This document shows positions 11,852 through 22,856 of a stretch of 49,914 bases of DNA, in pieces. How positions within the stretch are numbered: the first letter of the stretch is position 1; each line of letters begins with the position of its first letter. A program made the position numbers and the translations under genes. Source of the stretch: Octopus bimaculoides. Taxonomy: Eukaryota. The stretch lies in assembly GCF_001194135.2 (NCBI RefSeq), contig NC_068988.1, positions 70,499,085 through 70,548,998 of the forward strand. The letters run 5' to 3'. The notes beneath the pieces are model-generated. The model did no database searches and had not been told where the DNA came from. It saw only the letters and a list, made by a program, of their open reading frames with translations.

Positions 11852-12180
11852 TTATGTTTAATCCTTCACGTGTTTCAGCAATTAAACTGCGGCTATGATG
11901 GGTTACCAATTCGAAGTATTGAGTCGAACAAATCGACTTCAGCCAATATCCGTTAGAAAGCGGGGTGGGGTGGGGGGAGCAGACACAGACACAAGACATG
12001 CACACGCTCACACATACATATATATATATATTTATATGACAGGCTTTCACACAGTTTCTATCTACAAAATTTGCTCACAGGGATTGATGGATCCATTTCT
12101 GTAGCAGACGACACTTGCTCGATGTGTCAAGCACTCGAAGCCAAGCGATGGTAAAGCGAGCTTCTTAACCACACAGCCAT
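11852..12180 (-). mobile_element. SINE family B, degraded copy
   Basis: Minus strand begins atggctgtgtggttaagaagctcgcttt and contains gtgagcaaattttgtagatagaaac, TA/TG repeats and gatttgttcgact..catagccgcagt. Confidence 0.7.
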
Positions 12181-12466
12181 ATCTTTATCTAAATATCCTG
12201 CTCTATTCATATAACTGAACGCTTCAATTGTAACGTTGAATAACGATGTATACAATATGTACGTTGGCTAAACATTGATCATTTTAAGATCTTAACTAAT
12301 CATGTTATGCTTCATTTTTGCTTTTTTTCATAGTGGATAATAGTATTTCTGGCTATCGTTTAATTACATACTTAACCTTCAGCTATATTTATTTTCACTA
12401 TAAATGAACCAAATGAAAAGCTGCAATTGTAGCTCATAATATGCTTAAAGGAAGAGAACAATTCTA

Positions 12467-13728
12467 TCAGGTCATCCCATAAATTCTGTCCGAATTTTGA
12501 ATAAAGACAAGTGATCAAATGTTATATTACTTGAAATTTAGTCATCAATGTACTTTCCCTGATTATCTATGACTTCCTTCCATCTATTTACAAGCCTTTT
12601 AATCCCATCAATGTAACACTCTTTTGGTTTCAAAGTGAAGAACTCTGAAATGCCAGTTTTATCTTCCACCTGGCTTGCGAAAGTTATGTTCCCCAAATGA
12701 TTCTGTAAACTATGAAAGAAATGGTAGTCGGAAGGAGCAAAGTCGGGAAAATAAGGTGGATGAGGAATTTTTTCCCAAACACGCTATTTGATCTTCTTTT
12801 GCAGCGTGGGGTCGGGCATTGTCCTGATGAAACATCACTCCTTTTCGGTTCACTAAAGCGGGTCTTTTTGTCTTCAAAGTGTGGTTCAAACGCTCTAATT
12901 CCTGATAGTAGACTTGAGCATTGATTGTTGCATTAGGTGGTAACAATTAAAAGTGAATTACTCTTTTGCAATCCCACCAGATAGAGAAAAGAACCTTTTT
13001 TCCCATGAAGTTCCCTTCTCGGTTATGGTTGAGCTTTTTCCCTTTTACCAAGCCACTGTTGACGACGTTTCGATAGAAGATCCATTTTCCGTCACCAGTC
13101 ACAAGTCTATCCAGAAAAGTTGAAATGAATTTGCGAGAATGGAGAGAAGAACAGATGTCAACTCGGGATTTGCGGTTGCTTTCGAACAATTCATGAGGCA
13201 CACATTTTCCAAGTTTAGGAACCTTTCCAAGTTGTTGAAGATGACGATGAACAGTTGTATGGTTTGAACTAAGCTTTATTGCCAATTCTTCAACTGGTAA
13301 TGCAGGATGTTTTCAAGTAATGCCTCAAGGAGCTTATCATCAAACTCAACTGGATGTCCTGTTCGATCTTCATCTTCAAGGCTGAAATCTCCATTCTGAA
13401 TTTTGCAAACCATTTTCAAGTTCTTTCGTTCAAGCATTCTCTCCCATAAAATGAGTGTATGTTTCGAGTCGCTTCGGCTGCAGAATTTCCTTGTTTGTAC
13501 TCATAAAGCATTAGGTGCCTCAAATGCTCTTTGGATACTTCCATGTTAGAAAGGGTTTTAATCAAAGAAATTTTAATTCTATTATTCTATAAAATAATAT
13601 TTAATTAGTTTAAATGTACACAAATTCATGAAAATAATTTTTAATTCTATTAGACTTTCTAAAGTATTATTAAATTTCATTCAATTTTAAAGAAGGTAAA
13701 ATCGGACAGAACTTTTGGGATGACCTGA
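12467..13728 (-). mobile_element. Mariner (Tc1/mariner) DNA transposon, near full length, with disrupted transposase at ~12538-13544
   Basis: TIRs tcaggtcatcccataaattctgtccga (12467) and inverse tcggacagaacttttgggatgacctga (ends 13728); TA on the left, TG on the right. Peptides MEVSKEHLRHLMLYEY, CVPHEL, LVTGDGKWIFY, FHQDNARPH, PPYFPDFAPSDYHF, RWKEVIDNQGKYIDD*. Confidence 0.95.
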
Positions 13729-14453
13729 TGTATTATTTCTGGGTAAAAAATCTCGGTTCTTTTGGACAACACTGTACTTGAGGGAACAGAATTTTTCTGT
13801 TCCGACACAAATTCTGAGTTCTATTTAAGATTTTATTGTCATTATAATGATTCTACAGAATAGTTGACTTTAATGACATAAGGTTCAAGTGTGCGTTTCC
13901 AGTATTCTTTTTGTTCTCATTCATAGTCTCTTGTCCATTGCTGCTCCGGTGCTTGTTGCAGTCAGTAATCGCTATTCTCTTGCTTTATCTGTTCCATGTA
14001 CCTCCTTATTCTATCGATCATTACTATCCATATTTGATAATATACCAAACAACATAAAATTGATCTTCTTTGCCTAGCAGACGGTAATTGCTTGCTTTAA
14101 AGTAAATTGCGTTAAAAGATCTTAGATTAAAAAAAAATGCTCAACAAGAAAATACATATTGTTTGGTATTGCCTCTTTACTATTGCCACAGCAACTTCAT
14201 TGATCAATTCTTACCGAAAATATAATTTCACAAAAAAAAACAAAACAAAATTGTACTCCATATGTCTTACGTGCGTGAGTGCACAAGTCGATGTGGAAGT
14301 GTATGTAATTATGGTGTTCCACATTTCCCTCTCTATGATCATTAGTATATCCCCCAGTAAACTCTTCCCACCCTCTGTCTCTCTCTCACCCACTTCGCTC
14401 AGTAGTTACGAATCTATAATATTTCTTCTAGTGTATCAATATTATAGACGTTT

Positions 14454-14772
14454 CAGGCGGCGAGCTGGCAGAACCGTTAACGCACCGGGCAGAATACTTA
14501 CCGGCATTTTATTCGTCTTCACGTTCTGAGTTTCAAGTCCACCGAGTTCGACTTTGCCTTATAGATAGCGACCTAGCAGAATCATTACCGCGCCGGACAA
14601 AACACTTACCATTTCCTCCGACTATACGTTTTGAGTTTAAATACCACTGGGGTCGATTTTGCCTTTCAACCTTTCGGGGACGATAAAATAAGTATCAATT
14701 GAGCATTGGGGTCGGTGTAATCGACGTACCCCAACCCCCAAAATTGCTGGCCTTGTGCCAAAATTTGAAACC
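14454..14772 (+). mobile_element. SINE family A dimer (3'-truncated copy plus full copy)
   Basis: Two heads (ggcggcgagctggcagaacc at ~14456; agcgacctagcagaatc at ~14567), tail aaattgctggccttgtgccaaaatttgaaacc; flanked by tattatagac at 14440-14449 and 14775-14784. Confidence 0.88.
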
Positions 14773-15037
14773 ACTATTATAGACAATTAATTGTAATTAG
14801 TGCAATCTTATTTTGAATGACGCTTGCAAACTCACGACAAAATGTATCAAATTGGAGGAAGACAAAATTGATTCTTTTTATGGAAAAAAAAATCGTATAT
14901 TTCTTTTTAGTATTTTGCTACTATGATACAAATACTTCTGTAACAATTCAATCATTCAAATCTTGATGTAATATAGGGCTACTATAGCTTTCTTATCAAT
15001 TCTGTATAAGTATTTCATAAATATTAAAAAAAAAACT

Positions 15038-16395
15038 GGGTCTTGTATGTAATACGCGATTACCATGAACAATAACGGTGAAAAACTGATTGTAATCCTA
15101 AATACTCAATAACGGGTCCTTAATCCTTAGTCCTTAATTCATATTATAATGCTCCGTACATCGATCCATCTTTTATGAGGAATTAGGTTGCGTACCATCC
15201 CTTGACAAGTGCCTCCTCGATCAAGTCCTGGTGGAAACATTCGAGACTATCTTCCCACGGCATTATAAGCTCAAGCACGATAATTGTTTTTGCAATAAGT
15301 TGGAGGATACATTAGATAATGTAATTCTAGATAGCCATAAATACCTGGAATGATCGAAACGGAAATATATTTCATGAATCAGAGCCGACAAAGGTCTAGA
15401 TAACATAACGGTTATTTTTCCTTTTCAAGTGGAATGAAAATAAATTATGGTGATATTTGAACTCCAATTCTCTGCATTAGGATAGAGAAAAACCTTTCTA
15501 TATTAGCTGCCATTACTTCTTTACCTTAGGTCGATATATGGTCAAGTATGCAGATGTTCATGCTTGGATATGAGAGACAATTGGAAGGTTAACTGCAGCA
15601 ATATACTTATATCTCTAACCGCGCAACATTTCTCGGCGAGTAATGGCTGTTAAATTAACTCCAAGTCATTAATGAAAATGAAAGGCGAAACTGAAAATAT
15701 GAATACATAGGTAAATAAGTAATACAATCCTGACTATATTGCTGAACATTGCAACCCATTGCTGTACATTTTCTGTCAACTCGTCCAGAGAATATAGATT
15801 TTAGTTGAAAGATACAAATTAAATTTTATTTTAAAAATAAAAAAAATAACAGATACTTGTCTTGTTTCAAAACTAAATATATTCTAGTGATAATCTTAAA
15901 ATTACATGGATATGATTTTGCAATTAATTTTGAAAACAAAAGGAATAATGAGAACTTGACGTTGCTCTGTGGAACCTAACAACGTCAAATCAACTTGGAT
16001 ATCCAGTCTTGTAGATCTGTCATCGAAATTAATGGAAATATAATAGAATTCCATGATAAATAACATTGAACTAATCTTTCACATTACTGAAATAAATTTT
16101 AAAACTTGTTACAGAGATAATTACTTCAGCTGAATTCAACTTCCTGTGAAAGAACGCAAACGTTTATTTCTTATACTAAGATGAATTTATAGTTTGGCAT
16201 TTGTCTACATTTTAAGACATTGCTCCCCGAATAGCAATATGTCTATAGCCAAATCTTGGTTGGTTAGTAAATATACATTTTTTTATCATTAACACTAGAC
16301 ATTTTAGAGTTATTGATTGGTTCCATTCTTGTAAATGTCATTATCTAGCTTCAGTCAACATTCATGCCATTGCTGTCTTCAGATCATGTTTTCCT
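15038..16395 (+). repeat. Left arm of a large imperfect inverted duplication (partner 16925-18690)
   Basis: Colinear reverse-complement similarity traced block by block. 15991-16050 matches rc(17261-17320) at 59/60; 15541-15600 matches rc(~17704-17763) at 45/60. Confidence 0.92.
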
Positions 16396-16924
16396 GTGTA
16401 GTTTACAGATGTATTATTTTTGTTTCTGTTTTTGTTTCTTCAAACGATTCTGTGAAACGTTTAATCGATCATATTGAACCCCGTACTTGCGTACTATCAA
16501 TTATTGTATTGGCATATATTTATGGACTCACTAACTCAAGAACAATGAAGAGAGAAAACATGAACACAGAACAATATGTTGGTTGTTGAAGTAAACTCCT
16601 GAAATACACAAGTACGCTTCGTTTATATAAAATGTAACTATGCACAAGTCACAAGGAAAGAACATTCTTAATTGAAGTGACTTGACTCCTATGTGTCACT
16701 ACTAACTTGATAACATTGATCCCTCGGAAACTTGAGGTCAGGGCATAAATGGTCATTCCTAATTATGGCAACCCGTTTTCTACACTGTTCCACAGATTCT
16801 GGCTCACAAGAGAGCTGTTCATACAGTGAATATACAATATTACCAAGAAGATTACTGTGGTTAAATGACAAATATGCATGTCTACTATAGTTTCTTATGA
16901 AAATTCATTGACTTTCTGCCTAGC

Positions 16925-18690
16925 TTTAAACATTATTTTGAAGATACAATGATATGAACACTGTCCGAAAGTGGTTCGTACTAGTTGAATTATGATATAA
17001 GCAGGTACTAAATCAATGATCAATAACTCTATAAGGAAGAAATAAATGTTAATATTAACTATAAAAATTACATTTGTTGACTCATCAAGATTTGATCACA
17101 GATTTTCTGTCATATGATCTGCAACGAACAAAAATACCGAATTAGCATACGAAATAGACTTTTACGTTCTCTCTGATTAGGCTGAAGTAATTATATTTAT
17201 AACAAGTTTCAAAATTTATTTCAGTAATGTGAGAGATTAGGACAAAGTTATATGTCATGCAATTCTATTATATTTCCATTAATTTCGATGACAGATCTAC
17301 AAGACTGGTTATCCAAGTTGATTTGATGTTGTTTAGTTCCATAGAATAACGTCGAAGTTTGTTTATTTCTTTTGTTTTAAAAATTAATTCCAAAATCATA
17401 TCCATGTAGTTTTAACATTATCACTAGAATATATTTCGTTTTGAAACAAGAAAATATTTATTTCGTATTTTATTTTTTACAATAAAATTTGATTTGAATT
17501 AACACTATATAATATTGGAAACACTATATTTTTAATGGAAGAGTTTACAGACAGTGTACAACATCGAAATATATTCCTTGCATTATCCAGTTATCTCTAC
17601 ATTCTAATTTGCAGCTTCGCCTATTATTTTATTAATGCCTTCAAGTGAATTTAATGGACATTACTCACCTTGAAATGCTGCTCGTTTAAATATTTCAATA
17701 TATTGCTACATATAGTCTTCTAATTGTATCTCACATCCAGGCAAGAATATTTGCATAGTTAGCAATGTATCGGGCGAAGTTAAAGAATGAATTGGAGCCA
17801 ATATAGGAATATGGTATAAAATTTAAAGTTCTCTCTTTTCTGAGACACAAGAATTGGAGTCCAAATATTATCATAATAAATTTTCATTCCATTTGAAAAA
17901 AGAAAAACACTCGTTGTTATTTAGAGTAATGTCAGCACTGATTCATCGCAAGTATTTCTGATTTGACCATTCCGTCTATTTACGGCTATCTAGATTTACA
18001 ATATTTAATGTGTCCTTCCCTTTGTTGTTGCTATCAGCCTTCAATAGAGAGACCTAAGACCTCATGCACTTCCAACCGTGGCCACAATATTTATATCCTT
18101 TAGTGGAAGTTTAGGATAACATTATCCACATTATGAAAAGTTTTGCCTTACGTTTTCAGGAACATTTTTTGCTGTTACTAACACGCCATGTAACCACGTT
18201 GAAACCCCTCCCAACTTTGGCTTGTCTCTATTGTGTTATTGTGTTGAACCAAAGAATTCTCACTTACGTTGTCACACTGTCTGTTAAAATAAGTAGTTGT
18301 ATCTACCTTAAACGACACTTTAGCTACTGGATGATACAGATAGAGCTGGAGAGGAGGAGCATCTCCATCAGTGAGATAATGGTAACATTGCTCAAATCAG
18401 ACACGTTCCTGCTATGCAGAAGTATAAGATCAATTATCGTGGATGAATTTACAGTGTAGGAGGACAGACGCGACATTTACCAGTTGCGGTAAACCAAATA
18501 TCTGGACTTGGTCGAGGCAGCATTTGTCAAGGGAAGGTGTTCAGTTTAAAGCCCCATGTATGCTGGACCGATATACGGAGTACCATAACATGAACTAAGG
18601 ACCAAGGATTAAAGTTCCGTTATTGAGTATTAAGGATTACAATCAGTTTTTAGTGTTAATGTTAATGGTAATCGCGTATTTTAAGACCTA
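16925..18690 (-). repeat. Right arm of the inverted duplication; carries ~400 bp (~18020-18420) absent from the left arm
   Basis: Same alignment as the left arm; ends at ttaagaccta (18681-18690), matching gggtctt at ~15038. Confidence 0.92.
17669..18687 (-). pseudogene. Putative decayed ~1 kb exon of an unidentified gene
   Basis: Acceptor-like aaattttag|G at 18688/18687, coinciding with the arm boundary, and donor AAG|gtgagt at 17669/17668. Cys-containing peptide remnants shared with the left arm (PSLDKC[LC]LDQV; C[RK][CY]SCLD[MV]R.N.K..CSNI). Multiple stops. Confidence 0.35.
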
Positions 18691-20001
18691 AAATTTATAA
18701 ATTTACAAAATTTAAATTTACAAAATAATTATTAGTGCTACACACAGACAAAGGGGACTATAGCAATCATGTATTATTGCAAAATTTAAATGAATTAATT
18801 AATATACAAGTATTTTAGCAAAAGAACAAAATAATAATAAGAATTACGATTTTAATTATATTCCATATAGATAATCAATTATGCTTCCCACTCATAATTT
18901 GTTTCATTTTGTTGTGAGGTAGTTTTATTCATTCAAAAGAAAATTCTAATAGTTGTAACTAAACATCTATAACTCTGACATGTTAGTATTAATATCATAG
19001 ATTCGTACGTATATAAGTCTCTTACAAAGCTTTCAGTTGAAGGTAAACAATTATATTGAGCGAAGTGACGCAACAGAGGGAAGGACGAAAAATGTTTTCT
19101 GTGGGATATGGTAATGGCCATAGAGAGAAAAAAAAACATGCATACGTGCACACGTATGCGAACACATACACACACATGAATATGATATACGGAGTACTAT
19201 AGTAATTGTTGTTAAGTTGCTTGAATTTTTATTCATTGAAAGAATTAATTTAAAGTTGGTTAAATTATTATTGATATAAAAAAAAACATCTTCAATGTGT
19301 TGATAGCATTTACGGTTATATTTATATTCTATTGCATGCACATGTTGTTATCCTTCCTTTTATTAACTCATGGGTGTTGTCAGAAATGGTTTAGCATTTG
19401 ATTTTCTCTTTTTCAGAATGCTTGAACGAAGTAAACTTAAAGGTCAGGCAGTAAATTTCTTCAGACGGATAGGAATGTTTGAATTCAACCCTAATTGATT
19501 TATCAATTGTGAAAACCACATGGGGAGTTCTTCTGGATCTACAGCTATCATAGTTTCATTGAAAACTGTAATACGTTTTACCAAACACTGAAATGAAGTA
19601 TCAGATAAGAAAATCAATCACCCCCGATTCAACTGCATGTGAGAACCCATATTCATTTAGGCCTGTGTATGGCATTCTATCAGTTTGAGTTGCCGAAACT
19701 GTGAGATATGCAAATAGTAAAACAAAACTTGGAGGAGAGGCTCTATGCTAATAGACACAGAGAATTATATCAACCCATTTGATAATTACTATTTAATACT
19801 GGAGTATGTTATTGAATCGAAAGTTGAAAAGTCTTGGAAGATGCAAACTGTCAGTTCTCCCATTTCGGTCGTTTCAAGTTTTTTGACTATCATTACGTTA
19901 ATTACTGGGTAAATTTTTACTGTATTATGTTCAAGGATTTACAATACAATTACCACTTCAAACGGCATCATTATCTAATGTCCATCTTGTTATAATATAT
20001 T

Positions 20002-20181
20002 GATTTCAAAATTTGACACAAAACCAGTAATTTAGGGAAAACTGATAGGTCGATTACATCAACCCCGGCGCTCAAGTGGTACTTATCTTATAGGTCCCGA
20101 GAGGATAAAAGGCGAAGTCAACCCAGGTGGCGCTAATCATTTCGCCCGACGAGCAAGCGATTCTGTCTGTTCGCCTACCTT
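20002..20181 (-). mobile_element. SINE family A copy (internally deleted)
   Basis: Plus strand reads atttcaaaatttgacacaaaaccag..gtcgattacatcaaccccgg..gtggtacttat..cgattctgtc (reverse of the family tail, core and head). Confidence 0.8.
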
Positions 20182-20198
20182 CCTTGTGATAGTATATT

Positions 20199-20402
20199 GA
20201 TTACAAATTTGGGCACAAGGCCAGAAACAAGTGCAGGGTAAGTTGAATATATCACTCTCAGTGATCGATTGGTACTTATTTTGTTGCCCCCGAAATGTTA
20301 GAATGCCAACCTTGGTGGAATTTGAACTCAGAACGTAAAGGCGGACGAAATGCCGCTAAGCATTTTGCCCAGCGTGCTAACGATTCTGCCAGCTCGCTGC
20401 CC
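20199..20402 (-). mobile_element. SINE family A copy
   Basis: Plus strand reads caaatttgggcacaaggccag..ggaatttgaactcagaacgtaaaggcggacgaaatgccgctaagcattttgcccagcgtgctaacgattctgccagctcgctgcc. Confidence 0.9.
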
Positions 20403-20549
20403 AATCTTGTGATAATGTATTATAAGATAAATTTGAAATCTTGCTCATTATGATAAGCATAGATTGAATCATCAGATATGACAAGACCTGATGTAAAGAT
20501 TTGGTAACGGTTCACTAAGTACAAATTTCAGATGCTGATAGACGTTTAT

Positions 20550-20580
<31 letters not shown>

Positions 20581-21390
20581 NNNNNNNNNNNNNNNNNNNN
20601 NNNNNNNNNNNNNNNNNNNNNNNNNNNNNNNNNNNNNNNNNNNNNNNNNNNNNNNNNNNNNNNNNNNNNNNNNNNNNNNNNNNNNNNNNNNNNNNNNNNN
20701 NNNNNNNNNNNNNNNNNNNNNNNNNNNNNNNNNNNNNNNNNNNNNNNNNNNNNNNNNNNNNNNNNNNNNNNNNNNNNNNNNNNNNNNNNNNNNNNNNNNN
20801 NNNNNNNNNNNNNNNNNNNNNNNNNNNNNNNNNNNNNNNNNNNNNNNNNNNNNNNNNNNNNNNNNNNNNNNNNNNNNNNNNNNNNNNNNNNNNNNNNNNN
20901 NNNNNNNNNNNNNNNNNNNNNNNNNNNNNNNNNNNNNNNNNNNNNNNNNNNNNNNNNNNNNNNNNNNNNNNNNNNNNNNNNNNNNNNNNNNNNNNNNNNN
21001 NNNNNNNNNNNNNNNNNNNNNNNNNNNNNNNNNNNNNNNNNNNNNNNNNNNNNNNNNNNNNNNNNNNNNNNNNNNNNNNNNNNNNNNNNNNNNNNNNNNN
21101 NNNNNNNNNNNNNNNNNNNNNNNNNNNNNNNNNNNNNNNNNNNNNNNNNNNNNNNNNNNNNNNNNNNNNNNNNNNNNNNNNNNNNNNNNNNNNNNNNNNN
21201 NNNNNNNNNNNNNNNNNNNNNNNNNNNNNNNNNNNNNNNNNNNNNNNNNNNNNNNNNNNNNNNNNNNNNNNNNNNNNNNNNNNNNNNNNNNNNNNNNNNN
21301 NNNNNNNNNNNNNNNNNNNNNNNNNNNNNNNNNNNNNNNNNNNNNNNNNNNNNNNNNNNNNNNNNNNNNNNNNNNNNNNNNNNNNNNNNN
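20581..21390. other. Assembly gap (N run) after (TA)n
   Basis: Direct reading. Confidence 1.
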
Positions 21391-21409
21391 TTAAGAGATG
21401 AGGAATTAT

Positions 21410-21728
21410 GTACATCATTTACATTATTTACAATTGACGAATATTTGTCATCTTGTTTGTTGTTAACACAACGTTTCGGCTGATATACCCTTCAGCCTTC
21501 ATCAGGTGTCTTGGGGAAAATTTCGAACCTGGGTTCTCATTCCTAACGTATTTTTTAGTGTTGTTATTATTATACCACACATGTGTATGTGTATGGCATG
21601 AGAACCCAGGTTCGAAATTTCTCCAAGACACATGATGAAGGCTGGTGGATATATCAGCCGAAACGCTGTGTTAACAACAAACAAGATGAGTACGAATATC
21701 TTTCATTGTAAGTATTGCAAATAATGTA
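21410..21728. mobile_element. Inverted pair of ~130-bp Penelope-like terminal repeats separated by a ~57-bp spacer
   Basis: 21410-21540 is the reverse complement of 21598-21728 (tcatcttgtttgttgttaacaca..tttcgaacctgggttctcat). Each arm carries a hammerhead-like core; hammerheads in Penelope-like terminal repeats are established knowledge. Confidence 0.7.
21430..21515 (-). ncRNA. Candidate type I hammerhead ribozyme
   Basis: Minus strand: gacac-CTGATGA-a-GGCTGA-agggtata-TCAGCC-GAAACG..CGTC-aattg. Core, 6-bp stem II, stem III base (ACG/CGT) and GUC site are all present; stem I pairing is weak. Confidence 0.6.
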
Positions 21729-21772
21729 TATATATATATATATATACGTTTGTATGTATCTATGCATGTATA

Positions 21773-22609
21773 CAACGTGCAATGGGTAAATTGTCACTAT
21801 TTTACATTTTTTATTTCGCGCGTGCGCAGTGTTTGTTTTTATTGTGTCGACAACACAGTATAGTAGGGTCAGACGCAATTCACTCTGCTGAAAATTTGCA
21901 AACGCATGCTGTACTGATTGGCATTCGTTCCAATACGGACATTTCAGAGTGCTTGAGTGTCACTCTCAGGATAGTGCAAACTGAGGACATGTGCCGAGAG
22001 TGATAAAAATCAAACACCCAGTCGACATCATGGTATTTTGAGTGATCACTAGTGATGGCGAGGTTATATCTCCATTCATCTTCCCACACGGTTTCACACC
22101 CAACACGGAAACTTACATCAAGTGCCTGGGGGAGGTAGTGCTGCCCTGGGTCAATTGGGTGGCTACTGGAAGACCTTATGTCTGGCAACAGGACTCGGCA
22201 CCATGCAACATTAGCAGGAGGACCAGTCACGACTGTCAGACAATTTCTATGAACACATCACTCCTAACATCAGATCACCTTACTCCCCACACTGCACCCA
22301 CTTGATTATTATGTGTGGGGCGCAGTTGAGCGATAGACCAACAAAACTCGTTGTAACACCAAAGATGAACTGAAGCCAAGGATTATGGCAGCATTCACCA
22401 ACTTTAACAAGGAAACCGTCCAGAGGATTTGCAGGAGATTCTGAAGCCGCCTGGAGGCCGTGGTCGAAGCCAATGGCGATTTTAACAAATACATTTACTC
22501 TTTAGTATTTCAAGATATTTTTATGTAAATTTAGTAAATATATGTTAAAATGAGATAGTAGTGCTATTTCAATGTTTGCGTAATTTAGACGACAGTCTAT
22601 TCACCACAC

Positions 22610-22613
<4 letters not shown>
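21773..22613 (+). mobile_element. maT/DD37D-type Tc1/mariner transposon, internally deleted
   Basis: KHPVDIMVF.VITSDGEV..PFIFPHG..WQQDSAPCN..SDNF..P.S...LDYYVWGAVE..RLEAVVEANGDF, with ~37 residues between the second and third D positions after correcting frameshifts. Degenerate TIRs ta|caacgtgcaatgggtaaattgtc and gacagtctattcaccacaccctg. Confidence 0.85.
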
Positions 22614-22668
<55 letters not shown>

Positions 22669-22780
22669 GCGCGCGCGCGTGTGTGTGTTTATGTATATAT
22701 ATATGTATATATATTTACATGTATATTCCTATGTAGATGTGTATCTATATTTATGTTTATATGTTAAAATAGATAGATAA

Positions 22781-22851
<71 letters not shown>

Positions 22852-22856
22852 GATAA
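22614..22856 (+). repeat. (GT)n then (TAGA)n microsatellites
   Basis: Direct reading. Confidence 0.95.

Noticed and set aside
18133-18459. 108-aa plus-strand ORF in the right arm
   Set aside because: No motif; it is antisense to the strand carrying the splice signals and largely absent from the left arm.
20532-21418. Long ORFs of 250-370 aa (also at 24543-25452 and 35364-36566)
   Set aside because: They are open only because they span N gaps.
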